Below, piece by piece: positions 31,277-41,417 of a DNA stretch of 64,000 nucleotides. Made by a program: the position numbers and the translations under genes. Below the pieces are notes generated by a model that did no database searches, was not told where the DNA came from, and worked only from the letters and a program-made list of their open reading frames with translations. Position 1 is the first letter of the stretch. Each line of letters opens with the position of its first letter. Source of the stretch: an uncultured Atribacterota bacterium (GTDB lineage Bacteria; Atribacterota; Phoenicimicrobiia; Phoenicimicrobiales; Stramentimicrobiaceae); assembly GCA_964433555.1 (NCBI GenBank), contig CAYSRG010000005.1:10141-74140 (forward strand), given 5' to 3'.

Positions 31277-32560
31277 ATGAATCAACTAATTTTAACCATT
31301 ATAATTATCAGTATAGTCTATTTCTTTATTTTTACCAATCGACGAATACGAACCACTTCATCTTTTTTTGGGGCAATTTTAGTAATTCTTGTCGGCCTCA
31401 TCTCTTTTGAAAAAGCCATTAGTTATATTGATTTTAATAAATTAGGTATTATTATTGGAGTAATAATTTTTACCAACATTGCTAAAGATAGCGGGATGTT
31501 TCAATTTTTAGCAATCAAAGTAATGCGACATAGTCATGGGAATCCCTGGCTATTGCTTATTTTATTATCCCTCTTAACTGGAATCCTGTCTTCCTTCTTT
31601 GATGAAATCACCACAGTCTTATTTATGGCTAATATTACTATAGCATTGACCTCTATCCTGGGAATATCTCCACTACCTTTCTTGATATCTGAAATTATTT
31701 CTGCCAATATAGGTGGTATGGCTACTTACTTAGGAACACCAACAAATATCATGATTGGCTCAGCAGCTCACTTTTCTTATCTTGATTTTATTTACCATGC
31801 TCTTCCGGTAGCAGTAATTCTCACCATAGTAAATATCTATTACTTCAAAATCATTTTTAGTAAAAAACTATTAGAAAGTAAAATACCGGAACATCTATTA
31901 TCTCGCTTAAATGAAGTTAAGGAGAGTGAATGTATTACCGATCATATTCTGTTCAAAAAAATCGTAATCCTGGTAATTATCGGTATTATTCTAATGCTTT
32001 TTTCTCATAGAATAGCAGCTGATCTGGCAGTTATTATTCTTTTTATTTCCCTTATACTATTCTTTTTAACACCTGAAAAATCTACTGATTTTATTCTCTC
32101 TCAGATAGATTGGGGAATTATATTTTTTCTGATTGGATTAAATGTATTGGCTGGTACCATGGAAGAACATGGAATAATAGATATATTAACAAATAAAATT
32201 ATTCAGTTAAGTAGAGCTGATTTTCAATACCTTCATTATTTATTTCTAATATCAACTACTTTTCTCTCTTCATTTCTAGATAATATACCTATTGTTAATA
32301 TTGCTATTCCTATCATTGAACATATCGTCAAAGAATTTCCTGCTACCGCTCCGGTTATCTGGATTACTATAGCCCTGGGTGCAAATATTGGCGCTAATGG
32401 CACCCTAATCGGGACAGCTTCAAATTTAATTGTGGCTAAAATTGCAGAGAAGAACAATCAACCTATTTACTTCTGGCATTTTTTTAAGATTTCCTTCCCT
32501 TTAGTCATTATTGACCTGTTTGTAGTTTCAATCTATTTCTACTTTAGATATCTTTACTGA
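31277..32560 (+). CDS. ArsB/NhaD-superfamily anion/cation permease
   Basis: 427 aa, about 11-12 TM helices with an internal hydrophilic loop. The only long plus-strand gene in the first half of the window. Confidence 0.6.
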   Translation: MNQLILTIIIISIVYFFIFTNRRIRTTSSFFGAILVILVGLISFEKAISYIDFNKLGIIIGVIIFTNIAKDSGMFQFLAIKVMRHSHGNPWLLLILLSLLTGILSSFFDEITTVLFMANITIALTSILGISPLPFLISEIISANIGGMATYLGTPTNIMIGSAAHFSYLDFIYHALPVAVILTIVNIYYFKIIFSKKLLESKIPEHLLSRLNEVKESECITDHILFKKIVILVIIGIILMLFSHRIAADLAVIILFISLILFFLTPEKSTDFILSQIDWGIIFFLIGLNVLAGTMEEHGIIDILTNKIIQLSRADFQYLHYLFLISTTFLSSFLDNIPIVNIAIPIIEHIVKEFPATAPVIWITIALGANIGANGTLIGTASNLIVAKIAEKNNQPIYFWHFFKISFPLVIIDLFVVSIYFYFRYLY

Positions 32561-32738
32561 TTCGCATCAGAAAGCAGGTTTTAAAAAAGGAATGCATAAT
32601 AATTCCAACATGAAAAAATAAGGAAATCTTCTAAAAGGTTAGTGTTATAACTCTTGTTTTACTTCTTATTTTTTAATTTATAAATGAATCTCATAAAATT
32701 GACTGAATAGTAATATAAGACTAAATGCAATTGGCAGT

Positions 32739-33263
32739 TTAATAGTATCTTTTTACCTCAAACCTTTCAATTGTAAAATCTTCACCCACATATATTCCTG
32801 CTTTTTGTCTGGCAATATCAATTTGCTGCTCTACAGTATCTACTCCTTCCAAATCTGGTAATAAAAGGCCTTTTTTAAATCCACAACTGACTATAACACC
32901 ATATTTTTTAGGATTTAGCTGTTTTATATCTTTTACTTCTTCTGGATTGGAAAGAATATCTACTGAAATTGATAATTTATCTACTTCATCTGGAGTGACA
33001 GGAGAAAATCTGGGATCATGCATAGCGGCACTTACTGCATTTTCAATAATCTCTAAAGCAATATTACTTTTTGTAGCAAGAAAAGTACCAATACAACCTC
33101 TTAACCTTTCCTCTTTTTTTAATGAAATAAAAACTCCTGCCTGCTTCTCCATTAGCTCTCGAGGCAGATCATCAGGTGAAATCATTTTTTTTCTGTTTTG
33201 CAAGTAATAAATAATGCTTTTCCTGGCTAATGCTACTGGGGCACTCTCATTTTTTTGGCCCAT
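32739..33263 (-). CDS. AMMECR1-domain protein
   Basis: 174 aa. LRGCIGTF motif characteristic of AMMECR1. Lies immediately downstream of hypE. Confidence 0.6.
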   Translation of the reverse strand: MGQKNESAPVALARKSIIYYLQNRKKMISPDDLPRELMEKQAGVFISLKKEERLRGCIGTFLATKSNIALEIIENAVSAAMHDPRFSPVTPDEVDKLSISVDILSNPEEVKDIKQLNPKKYGVIVSCGFKKGLLLPDLEGVDTVEQQIDIARQKAGIYVGEDFTIERFEVKRYY

Positions 33264-33374
33264 TATAGTTCAGCTCCTTTTTTATACTAGTAATTACTAA
33301 AAAATTATTAGTGAAAACATAATAGTCATATATGAAAATTTACCAAAACCTTTTTATCTTTGTTATATAAAGCT

Positions 33375-34385
33375 TTAGCAAATTCTGGGGAGTTGTTCTC
33401 CACTAAGCATCCCCACTATTCTTTTTCCACCAATATCAGTTTTTAGAGACACTTCTGATCTTCCCTGAGCAATTACTCTACCGATAATAGCCGATTGCTT
33501 TCCATGCCTGCTGGTCTTAATCTTCTGTACTACTTCTTCGGCAAATTGCTCTGGTAAAAAGGCAATTAACTTTCCCTCATTGGCTAAATAAAGAGGATCA
33601 TAACCCAGAATTTTACAGGTATCTTTTACTGTTTCCTCAATAGGAATTTGCTCTTCTTCAATTTCTATTTCCACCTGAGAAGATTGGGCAATTTCATTTA
33701 AAGCAGTAGCCAGTCCGCCTCTGGTAGGATCACGTAATACATGTATTTCCTTGGTTATAGATAGCATCTCTTGTACTAAATCAGCCAGGGGAGCTGTGTC
33801 GCTTATGATACTCTCTTCAAGCTGAAGGTTTTCTCGAGAAGCCAGAATGCTAATACCATGATTTCCGATAGGTCCATTGATAATAATTACATCATTAATC
33901 TGTGCTCTCCCGGGATGAATGTGAACATCTGAATCAATATAACCTATTCCTGTGGTATTTATAAATATACCATCAACATCTCCTTTATTGACAACCTTGG
34001 TATCTCCGGTAACTATCTGAATGCCTGTTTTTTTTGCCGATTCAGCCATGCTACGGGTTATTTGTTCCAGAATTTGCATTGAAATACCCTCTTCAATAAT
34101 AAAAGATACACTGAGGTATTTTGGGATAGCTCCACACATGGCTATATCATTTATGGTCCCATGTATTGCTAGATGTCCGATATTCCCACCTTTAAAAAAT
34201 ATGGGGCTCACAGTGTAAGAGTCTGTAGAAAAGGCTATTTTTTTATTGGTTGGTGGTAAAACTGCTCCATCGTGCAGTTTATTCAAGATTGGATTATTAA
34301 AATATTTTAAAAATAGAGAACGAATTAACTGGTTAGTTAATTTACCTCCACTACCATAATCCAGAGTTATTATTTGGTCGGTCAT
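33375..34385 (-). CDS. hypE: [NiFe]-hydrogenase maturation carbamoyl dehydratase HypE
   Basis: 336 aa. PurM-like fold, N-terminal DYGSGG, C-terminal ...PRIC ending in the catalytic Cys. Confidence 0.9.
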   Translation of the reverse strand: MTDQIITLDYGSGGKLTNQLIRSLFLKYFNNPILNKLHDGAVLPPTNKKIAFSTDSYTVSPIFFKGGNIGHLAIHGTINDIAMCGAIPKYLSVSFIIEEGISMQILEQITRSMAESAKKTGIQIVTGDTKVVNKGDVDGIFINTTGIGYIDSDVHIHPGRAQINDVIIINGPIGNHGISILASRENLQLEESIISDTAPLADLVQEMLSITKEIHVLRDPTRGGLATALNEIAQSSQVEIEIEEEQIPIEETVKDTCKILGYDPLYLANEGKLIAFLPEQFAEEVVQKIKTSRHGKQSAIIGRVIAQGRSEVSLKTDIGGKRIVGMLSGEQLPRIC

Positions 34386-34644
34386 CGTTTATCCTTTCTT
34401 TAGAGAACATGGCAAACTCTTTTAGTTTATCACTATATTTTACCGAATTGGTTTACAGTTTTTAGTTTTTAGTTTCAGAACCGGATAAATAAGCAAGAAA
34501 AATAATATTCCATATTTCACTATTTTTTATTATTGCCGCAGTGTTCTAATAAATTAGAAACACATCAGTGAATATTACTGGTATTGATTTATTTAAACTG
34601 ACTACTGTAATTAAACTTTTTTAATTATTCCTATATTTATAATA

Positions 34645-35727
34645 TTATACTGAACTATATTTGTAATATGCTGCACAAACTCCCTCACTGGAGACCATAC
34701 AGGCGCCCACCGGATGCTCAGGTGTACATAATTTCTGGAAAAGTGGGCATTGTAAGGGTGTAGCCACACCTCTCAAGACATCTCCACATCTACATTGATT
34801 ATTTTCTTTGGTTGTTTCTACTTTAACTAAAAAATTACGGGCATTTAGATCAGAATATTCGGATTTTAAATCTAAACCGCTGTCAGCTACAATTCCTATG
34901 CCTCTCCATTCACTATCGACAGTAGAAAAAACCTGAGTTATTAAATTAAGGGCAATCAGATTACCTTCTTCCCTCACCGCTCTCCGGTATTTATTTTCTA
35001 CCTGCGGTATACCTTTAATCTTCTGCAGGATGAGATGATAGATTGCTATTAAAATATCGATTGGTTCAAAGCCAGCAATTACACAGGCAATATGGTAACA
35101 GTCTGGAATAAATTGATAGGGTTTAGCCCCAATAATAGTGCTGACATGACCGGGACAGAGCATCCCATCAATTTTTACCTCCTGACTCTGTAAAAGTGCT
35201 CTTATAATAGGAGGCATAAGCTTGGTTAGACTTAGGAGATAAAAATTGGTAATCGCTTTCTTTTTTGCTTCCAGAACAATACTGGCTAGCAAAGGTATAG
35301 TTGTCTCAAATCCAATTCCAACTAAAATAATCTGTCTCTGTGGAAATTCCCGGGCAATTTCCAGTGCTTGGAGGGGTGAATAAATCACTCTGACATCAGC
35401 TCCGTCTGCTTTTTCCCTCTTCAAGCTGGAAGAACTACCAGGTACATTAATCATATCTCCAAAAGTTGCTATTATTGCTCGATCCATTCTAGCCAGAGCA
35501 ATCATATGATTGATATCAGATATGGGAGTGACACATACCGGACAACCAGGACCTGAAATTAAATGAATATTTTCCGGCAAAAGGTCTTTTATGCCAGAAC
35601 GAAAAATAGACATAGTATGAGTGCCGCAAACTTCCATTATATTAATATCTTCTGTTGTCAGTTCCTTCATTCTTTCTATTATTGATTGGCAAAGCCTTTT
35701 ATCCCTATATTCATCGAAATACTTCAA
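34645..35727 (-). CDS. hypD: [NiFe]-hydrogenase maturation factor HypD
   Basis: 360 aa. CGTHTM, GPGCPVCV and C-terminal CPVC-type Cys motifs. Overlaps hypC by 4 bp. Confidence 0.9.
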   Translation of the reverse strand: MKYFDEYRDKRLCQSIIERMKELTTEDINIMEVCGTHTMSIFRSGIKDLLPENIHLISGPGCPVCVTPISDINHMIALARMDRAIIATFGDMINVPGSSSSLKREKADGADVRVIYSPLQALEIAREFPQRQIILVGIGFETTIPLLASIVLEAKKKAITNFYLLSLTKLMPPIIRALLQSQEVKIDGMLCPGHVSTIIGAKPYQFIPDCYHIACVIAGFEPIDILIAIYHLILQKIKGIPQVENKYRRAVREEGNLIALNLITQVFSTVDSEWRGIGIVADSGLDLKSEYSDLNARNFLVKVETTKENNQCRCGDVLRGVATPLQCPLFQKLCTPEHPVGACMVSSEGVCAAYYKYSSV

Positions 35728-35939
35728 GACTGTATTTCCTCCCAGATTTGATTTATCTCATTTGCCTCCCGGGAGTTGATTTTAGTAATGGCATATCCAG
35801 CATGAATAAGCACATAATCTCCTTCTTCAATTTCAGGTAAAAGGTCAATCCTAACCGACTTTTTTATATTCCCTAACAGAACCTCTGCCTCTTCACAATT
35901 TATTTTTTTTATTATCTTACCAGGGATAGCCAGACACAT
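35724..35939 (-). CDS. hypC: [NiFe]-hydrogenase maturation chaperone HypC
   Basis: 71 aa beginning MCLAIPGKII (conserved Cys2). Confidence 0.9.
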   Translation of the reverse strand: MCLAIPGKIIKKINCEEAEVLLGNIKKSVRIDLLPEIEEGDYVLIHAGYAITKINSREANEINQIWEEIQS

Positions 35940-35969
35940 ACAAATACCTCTTTTACTTTCTCAAAGATC

Positions 35970-38285
35970 TCATTTACACTCTTGAAAACCACATATCATT
36001 TTACCAGACTTGATACGCGCATTAACGACTACCGCCTGCCCCAGGGCAATACAGGCATCGTTAGGCGGTAATTTTTTATGTATTAATACTTTAAAGTTTT
36101 CCTTTTTTAATTTTTTCATAGTTTGAGTTAAAAGAAAGCTATTCTGAAAAACTCCTCCGCTTAAAGCGACATAATTGATATTAAATTCCTTTTTTATTTT
36201 AACACATAAGGAAAGAATAATATCAGCAACTGTGTTATGGAACTGAGTGGCAATTCTGGGTAAAGGAATTTTTCTTTCTAAATCATTAATTATCTGTAGA
36301 AACATTTCTCCAGTATCTACCACCAAGCCGGTAATTTCTCTGGTAATTTTATAATTATAATTATCCTTGTATTTAGTCTGACATAAAGCTTCCAGCTCCA
36401 TAGCAGCTTGCCCTTCAAAATCCACCTCATCTCTTAGTCCAATTAGAGAGGCCACTGCATCAAACAACCTGCCGCAGCTGGAGGTAAGAGGTGAATTAAT
36501 CCTTTTATCTATCATCTGCTTCAGCAACTGAAATTCTTTTTTCTCTCTTCCTTCCCCTAATATTGAGTGAATAGAATCAGCCTCTTGTCCGAAAAGGGGG
36601 TAAAGATAACTAAAAGCCATCCTCCAGGGTTGATGTATAGCCTGCTCTCCCCCGGGCATAGCAATATATTTTAGATGACCCACTCTCAAGCAATCCTTCG
36701 GTGAAACCACCAGGAATTCACCTCCCCAGATAGCACCGTCCAGACCAAAACCGGTACCATCCAAGGCTACTCCAATCACCTTTTCAGATATATGGTTTTC
36801 AGCTGTACAGCTGGCAATATGGGCATGATGATGTTGAATCTTCAACAAAGGCACTCTGAATTGCTGAGATAACTCCTCAGCATAATGAGTAGAAAGATAA
36901 TCAGGATGTAAATCACAGGCAATAACCTTCGGTTTAAATTGAAATACCCGAATCAGACGTTTGATGGCTTCCTGATATGCCTGGAAGCTATCCCTGTTTT
37001 TCAAATCACCCAGATGCTGACTGGGAAAGGCATAACGATCACGAGTAAGACATACTGTATTCTTTTCTTCTGGACCTAAGGCCAGTATAGATTCGGTCTC
37101 CTCCGGGAGCACAATGGGGAATGGGGCATAACCTCTTGACCTTCTAATAAAGATAGAATGATGAGCAGTTATCTTTAAAACAGAATCATCACAGCGATTG
37201 TAAATCTGTCGATTATGAAGAAGTAAAAAGTCAACCTGCTGTACCAATTTCTGAAATGCTTCTTCATTTTGAATGATAATTGGTTCATCGCTGAAATTAG
37301 CACTGGTCATAACCAGGACCAGGCTACTCTTTTGTAATAATAAAATATGTAAGGGGGTATAAGGTAACATAAAGCCAAGATAGGCATTGCCAGGAGCAAT
37401 ATCTGGTGATAAATGGCAACTTCTTTTCTTTTTTAAAAGTACGATGGGCTTCTCCTTACTCTCTAAATATTTCCGAGCCAGCTCTGATACATAACAAAAA
37501 TTTGTTATTTTGGATATACTTTCAGCCATCAAAGCAAAAGGTTTTTGGTCTCTTTTCTTTATTTCTCTAATTCTGGATACGGCTTCCTTATTCTGAGCAT
37601 CACAGCTCAGATGAAACCCTCCTAGTCCTTTTATTACGCCCACTTCTCCTCCTCTCAATCTCTTTTGCGCCTCTTGGATAGGGTCCTGCGTAACAACTTT
37701 CTGGTTACCCGTATAAAGAGAAACTTGTGGGCCACAAACTGGACAGGCATTGGGTTGGGCATGATAGCGACGGTTTTCTAAATCATGATACTCGTTATAA
37801 CAATCAGTACACATAACAAAATTTTTCATAGTAGTCTTATCCCTATCGTAAGGCATATCTTCAATAATAGTAAAACGGGGACCACAATTGGTACAATTAA
37901 TAAAAGGGTAATGATAACGTCGGTTAGAAGGATCATTCAGTTCTGTTATACAATCCTCACAAATAGAAATATCGGGAGGCATAAGAATAACAGGATGTCT
38001 ATGGTTGGATTTGCTCTTCTTTATGACAAATTTGGAATATCCAATAGGGGATAACCTTTCAATTCTGATATCATCAATAAGGGCTAAGGGAGGGAGATGA
38101 TTTTTTAATTCTTTTAAAAATTTCCTACCATCAGATTCCTCTCCTTCAATTTCCATTTCTACTCCCTGATTGGAGTTACAAATCCATCCATATAAATTAT
38201 ATTTTTTTACCAATTTATGAATAAAGGGACGAAAACCTACTCCCTGAACAATGCCATATATAGTAAGCTTGTATCTTATTTTCAT
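35970..38285 (-). CDS. hypF: carbamoyltransferase HypF
   Basis: 771 aa. Acylphosphatase domain, two Cys4 zinc fingers (CxxC..CxxC x2), YrdC and Kae1/HypF carbamoyltransferase domains. Confidence 0.9.
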   Translation of the reverse strand: MKIRYKLTIYGIVQGVGFRPFIHKLVKKYNLYGWICNSNQGVEMEIEGEESDGRKFLKELKNHLPPLALIDDIRIERLSPIGYSKFVIKKSKSNHRHPVILMPPDISICEDCITELNDPSNRRYHYPFINCTNCGPRFTIIEDMPYDRDKTTMKNFVMCTDCYNEYHDLENRRYHAQPNACPVCGPQVSLYTGNQKVVTQDPIQEAQKRLRGGEVGVIKGLGGFHLSCDAQNKEAVSRIREIKKRDQKPFALMAESISKITNFCYVSELARKYLESKEKPIVLLKKKRSCHLSPDIAPGNAYLGFMLPYTPLHILLLQKSSLVLVMTSANFSDEPIIIQNEEAFQKLVQQVDFLLLHNRQIYNRCDDSVLKITAHHSIFIRRSRGYAPFPIVLPEETESILALGPEEKNTVCLTRDRYAFPSQHLGDLKNRDSFQAYQEAIKRLIRVFQFKPKVIACDLHPDYLSTHYAEELSQQFRVPLLKIQHHHAHIASCTAENHISEKVIGVALDGTGFGLDGAIWGGEFLVVSPKDCLRVGHLKYIAMPGGEQAIHQPWRMAFSYLYPLFGQEADSIHSILGEGREKKEFQLLKQMIDKRINSPLTSSCGRLFDAVASLIGLRDEVDFEGQAAMELEALCQTKYKDNYNYKITREITGLVVDTGEMFLQIINDLERKIPLPRIATQFHNTVADIILSLCVKIKKEFNINYVALSGGVFQNSFLLTQTMKKLKKENFKVLIHKKLPPNDACIALGQAVVVNARIKSGKMICGFQECK

Positions 38286-38477
38286 CTTTTCCCCGAAATA
38301 TATTTAAGTACAATGGTTTTTGGTTAAAGGTTTTTGGTTAAAATAGTTAGCATTTAATATTTTTTGTCTTTGATACCCATTATTACTTTTAGTTCTATTT
38401 TATTAAATATTAAAATCTGATACTATATTTTTCTTACACTATACATTATACGATATGAAGTTGATTAAAGAATGGCA

Positions 38478-38915
38478 TTAAGCCTTATTATTATGTTGAT
38501 AATCAGAGAAAAATCTTCTGGCAATTACATAGGCAGCAAAATCGTCATAAGGCCGAGGAGGTATGCGAAGAGAAATAGGAATAAGTTTTAACCAGCCGGT
38601 TGGCGGATTATATTCAAAGAAATATCTCCTTGCTAATCTGGTAGTATCTTCTTCTGTTATTACAGTGATAAATAACTCCGGAAAATTTTTCTTGATAACT
38701 GCAATAATATTTTCTGAATTTGTTCCACTTCCCACTACTATGCTTTTAATCTGGTATTTCCCTAAATAATTTTTTACCCGGCCCATCAATCCCTCATTGT
38801 TTACAACCTCACCTGCTACATATCTTAATTTGTAATCCACCAGTGCTATACCGCACTTTTTTCTACCTGGATCAATGGATAGTATGAATTTATTCACTTT
38901 TAATCCCTTTATCAA
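38478..38915 (-). CDS. RNase H-fold (YqgF/RuvC-like) nuclease-domain protein
   Basis: 145 aa. FILSIDPGRKKCGIALVD resembles the first catalytic-Asp motif of YqgF/RuvC resolvase-like proteins. Assignment is tentative. Confidence 0.35.
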   Translation of the reverse strand: MIKGLKVNKFILSIDPGRKKCGIALVDYKLRYVAGEVVNNEGLMGRVKNYLGKYQIKSIVVGSGTNSENIIAVIKKNFPELFITVITEEDTTRLARRYFFEYNPPTGWLKLIPISLRIPPRPYDDFAAYVIARRFFSDYQHNNKA

Positions 38916-38962
38916 TTCATTGTACTGTTTACCAACAGCATAGATAAATCTTCAAACTGACC

Positions 38963-39733
38963 TTAATTATTAATTCGTTCAGGATAGGTATAAATATTCA
39001 TTCTTTCCCCACGAGCAAATCCAATAAGAGTGACTCCTTGCTTATCCGCCAGTTGAATAGCATAATCAGTAGGAGCAGATCGGGAAATAACAATAGGAAT
39101 ATTTCCCTTTATAATTTTCTGCATAATTCCAGAAGTAATACGACAGGAAGTTAAAATTATCTTATCATCTGTATTAATATTCTTTAAGAGAGCCTCTCCT
39201 AAAATTCTGTCTATTGTATTATAACGGCTTATATCTTCGCAAAATAGAACAATACAACCATTATGATCAGCCAAACCACAACTATGTACGCCGCCACTTA
39301 ACTTAAAAAATTCAGCTTTTTCCTGCATAAGAGTGATGAGCAAATAAATAGTGCTGATATTGAGTTTGCTACTATTATCAACAGAAAGGGGTTCTCTTTT
39401 TCCTGATACTGTCTGCTTAATTTGATTAATAAGATTAGCACTGTATATTTTATCCGGCAAAAATAAAGAATTATTAATCTGGAAATATATTCCTTTCTTT
39501 CCTGTTTTAGTTGAAATTATTTCACGCTTATCCTTCACAATGCCTGCACTGTATAGAAATCCTGTTGCTAAATATTTCAAATTACCCGGACTGCAATTTA
39601 AGGTAACAATGTATTTCTGATTAACATAAACATTTAAAGTTTCCTCTTTAGCTACTAAATCAATAACCTTATTTCTCTCATATTTGTTAACCTGGATTAT
39701 TTCAGTTTCAGCACCCTTATTATTTGTTAACAT
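38963..39733 (-). CDS. fdhD: formate dehydrogenase accessory sulfurtransferase FdhD
   Basis: 256 aa. FdhD-like two-domain architecture with conserved Cys in the SCR..SGIM region. Overlaps mobA. Confidence 0.75.
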   Translation of the reverse strand: MLTNNKGAETEIIQVNKYERNKVIDLVAKEETLNVYVNQKYIVTLNCSPGNLKYLATGFLYSAGIVKDKREIISTKTGKKGIYFQINNSLFLPDKIYSANLINQIKQTVSGKREPLSVDNSSKLNISTIYLLITLMQEKAEFFKLSGGVHSCGLADHNGCIVLFCEDISRYNTIDRILGEALLKNINTDDKIILTSCRITSGIMQKIIKGNIPIVISRSAPTDYAIQLADKQGVTLIGFARGERMNIYTYPERINN

Positions 39734-40379
39734 TCTTTTTTCTCCGGTCTATTTCCAATTTCTCTGCTTCAATAAAATCACCTTGAAAGTTAATATTAAA
39801 AAAAGAATGTAATTCTGGATCACATCTTCTGATTTCCATTTCGGTAATCCGGCGAATTTTTAAAAAGGGAAAAATATCTCTTATCGCCAGTGTACCCTTT
39901 TTTAGATTCTGTTTAATTATTTTCAGGCAATTTTTACTATAAATGGCACATAAAGGTTCGAATAATTCCTTGCCATGAGTGGGAATTACTATATCATAAC
40001 CTTCCATATTTTCTATCATATATTCCACCAATCTTTTCTCAATAAAGGGCATATCATATCCTATAACTAGATTATAAAATGTTTTGGAATATTGTAAACC
40101 TGAAAAAATCCCTCCTAATGGCCCTTTTTGGGGGTAGATATCCTCTACAGTTAACTTATATTGGGGAAATCTATCTCTGGGTCCCACAATAATAATATCT
40201 TGCTCAGTAATTCCTTCTAGAGAAAGAATATTTAAAATAACTCGCTTTATAAGGATGGTACCCCTAAATTTTAGATAGCCTTTATCTTTACCTAAACCTA
40301 TTCTACTGCTTCTACCGCCTGCTAATACTATAACTGAAATAGCAGTATATTTTTTCTCTGTATCCATTATTATACTCAC
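39720..40379 (-). CDS. mobA: molybdenum cofactor guanylyltransferase MobA
   Basis: 219 aa. N-terminal VLAGGRSSRIG..DKG nucleotidyltransferase motif. Confidence 0.75.
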   Translation of the reverse strand: MSIIMDTEKKYTAISVIVLAGGRSSRIGLGKDKGYLKFRGTILIKRVILNILSLEGITEQDIIIVGPRDRFPQYKLTVEDIYPQKGPLGGIFSGLQYSKTFYNLVIGYDMPFIEKRLVEYMIENMEGYDIVIPTHGKELFEPLCAIYSKNCLKIIKQNLKKGTLAIRDIFPFLKIRRITEMEIRRCDPELHSFFNINFQGDFIEAEKLEIDRRKKNVNK

Positions 40380-40433
40380 TAATCTAAATCAATAATAAGG
40401 AATAAAATCAGCATGAGTGCATATTATAACTAA

Positions 40434-40474
40434 GTTAAAAAGGGCTATACCTATTCTTACCAGTATAGCCCTGA
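40434..40474 (-). terminator. intrinsic terminator downstream of focA
   Basis: 10-bp perfect stem agggctatac/gtatagccct (40441-40472) with 12-nt loop. On the minus strand it is followed by TTTTT. Confidence 0.6.
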
Positions 40475-40511
40475 ATTCATTTAATTATTTCTGTTCTATA
40501 TGTTTTATATG

Positions 40512-41384
40512 TTATTTATTCTCTCTTAAATAAACATACCAATATATAGTAGCTACAAAGAAAGCTCCGCCAATTATATTGCCTATAGTTACTGGTAATA
40601 AATTATTAAATAAAAAACTCCCCCAATTCAATCGGCTAAGCTGATCCGTTAATCCTGCTGCTGCTACTACTGAAGTATTGTTTTTTAGCATAATACCCAT
40701 AGGTACAAAATACATATTGGCAATACTATGCTCAAAACCACTGGCTACAAAAGCCATAATGGGGAAATAGATACCAAGAATTTTACCAGGAACATCCTTA
40801 GCTGCTACTGCCATCCATACTGCCAGACATACCAGCCAGTTACAGAGAATTCCTCGTGCTATGGCTGCACTCCAGGTTAGATTAACCTTACCATTGGCTA
40901 TGGCCAAAGCCTTTGCCCCTACAGCAAAATTTCCGGTCTGCCAGAGCTGAGCATTATACATTAGCCATACTACCAGAAGAGAACCAATAAAGTTTGCTAT
41001 ATATACCCAGACCCAGCTGTTTAACAATTTTCCTACTGAAACATTCTTGTTTAAAGTGCCCACCACTATTAAATTATTTCCGGTAAATAATTCTGCCCCG
41101 GCAATAACAACCAGCATAAGACCAACTGAAAAGACACTACCAAATAGAAATTTGGTAATCCCATCACCTACATATTTTACTGCATCATAAGTAACCATAG
41201 TAGCCAGTTGCGCACCAAAACTGATATAAGCACCAGCTAGAATACCCAAGATAATCATTTTACTCCATGATAGACCAGCCTTGTTCTTACCAATAGTGCA
41301 AAAAGCATTAGCAATTGCACCTGGTGGGTTACATGGTGTTGTTACATCTTGCACTGATTGAATTTTATCTTTCTCTGTACTCAA
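40512..41384 (-). CDS. focA: formate/nitrite transporter family protein (FocA-like)
   Basis: 290 aa, 6-TM FNT fold with conserved GAELFTGN and half-helix motifs. Immediately downstream of fdhA. Confidence 0.85.
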   Translation of the reverse strand: MSTEKDKIQSVQDVTTPCNPPGAIANAFCTIGKNKAGLSWSKMIILGILAGAYISFGAQLATMVTYDAVKYVGDGITKFLFGSVFSVGLMLVVIAGAELFTGNNLIVVGTLNKNVSVGKLLNSWVWVYIANFIGSLLVVWLMYNAQLWQTGNFAVGAKALAIANGKVNLTWSAAIARGILCNWLVCLAVWMAVAAKDVPGKILGIYFPIMAFVASGFEHSIANMYFVPMGIMLKNNTSVVAAAGLTDQLSRLNWGSFLFNNLLPVTIGNIIGGAFFVATIYWYVYLRENK

Positions 41385-41417
41385 CTTAGTATCCTCCTTT
41401 TTTGATAATATTTATTT

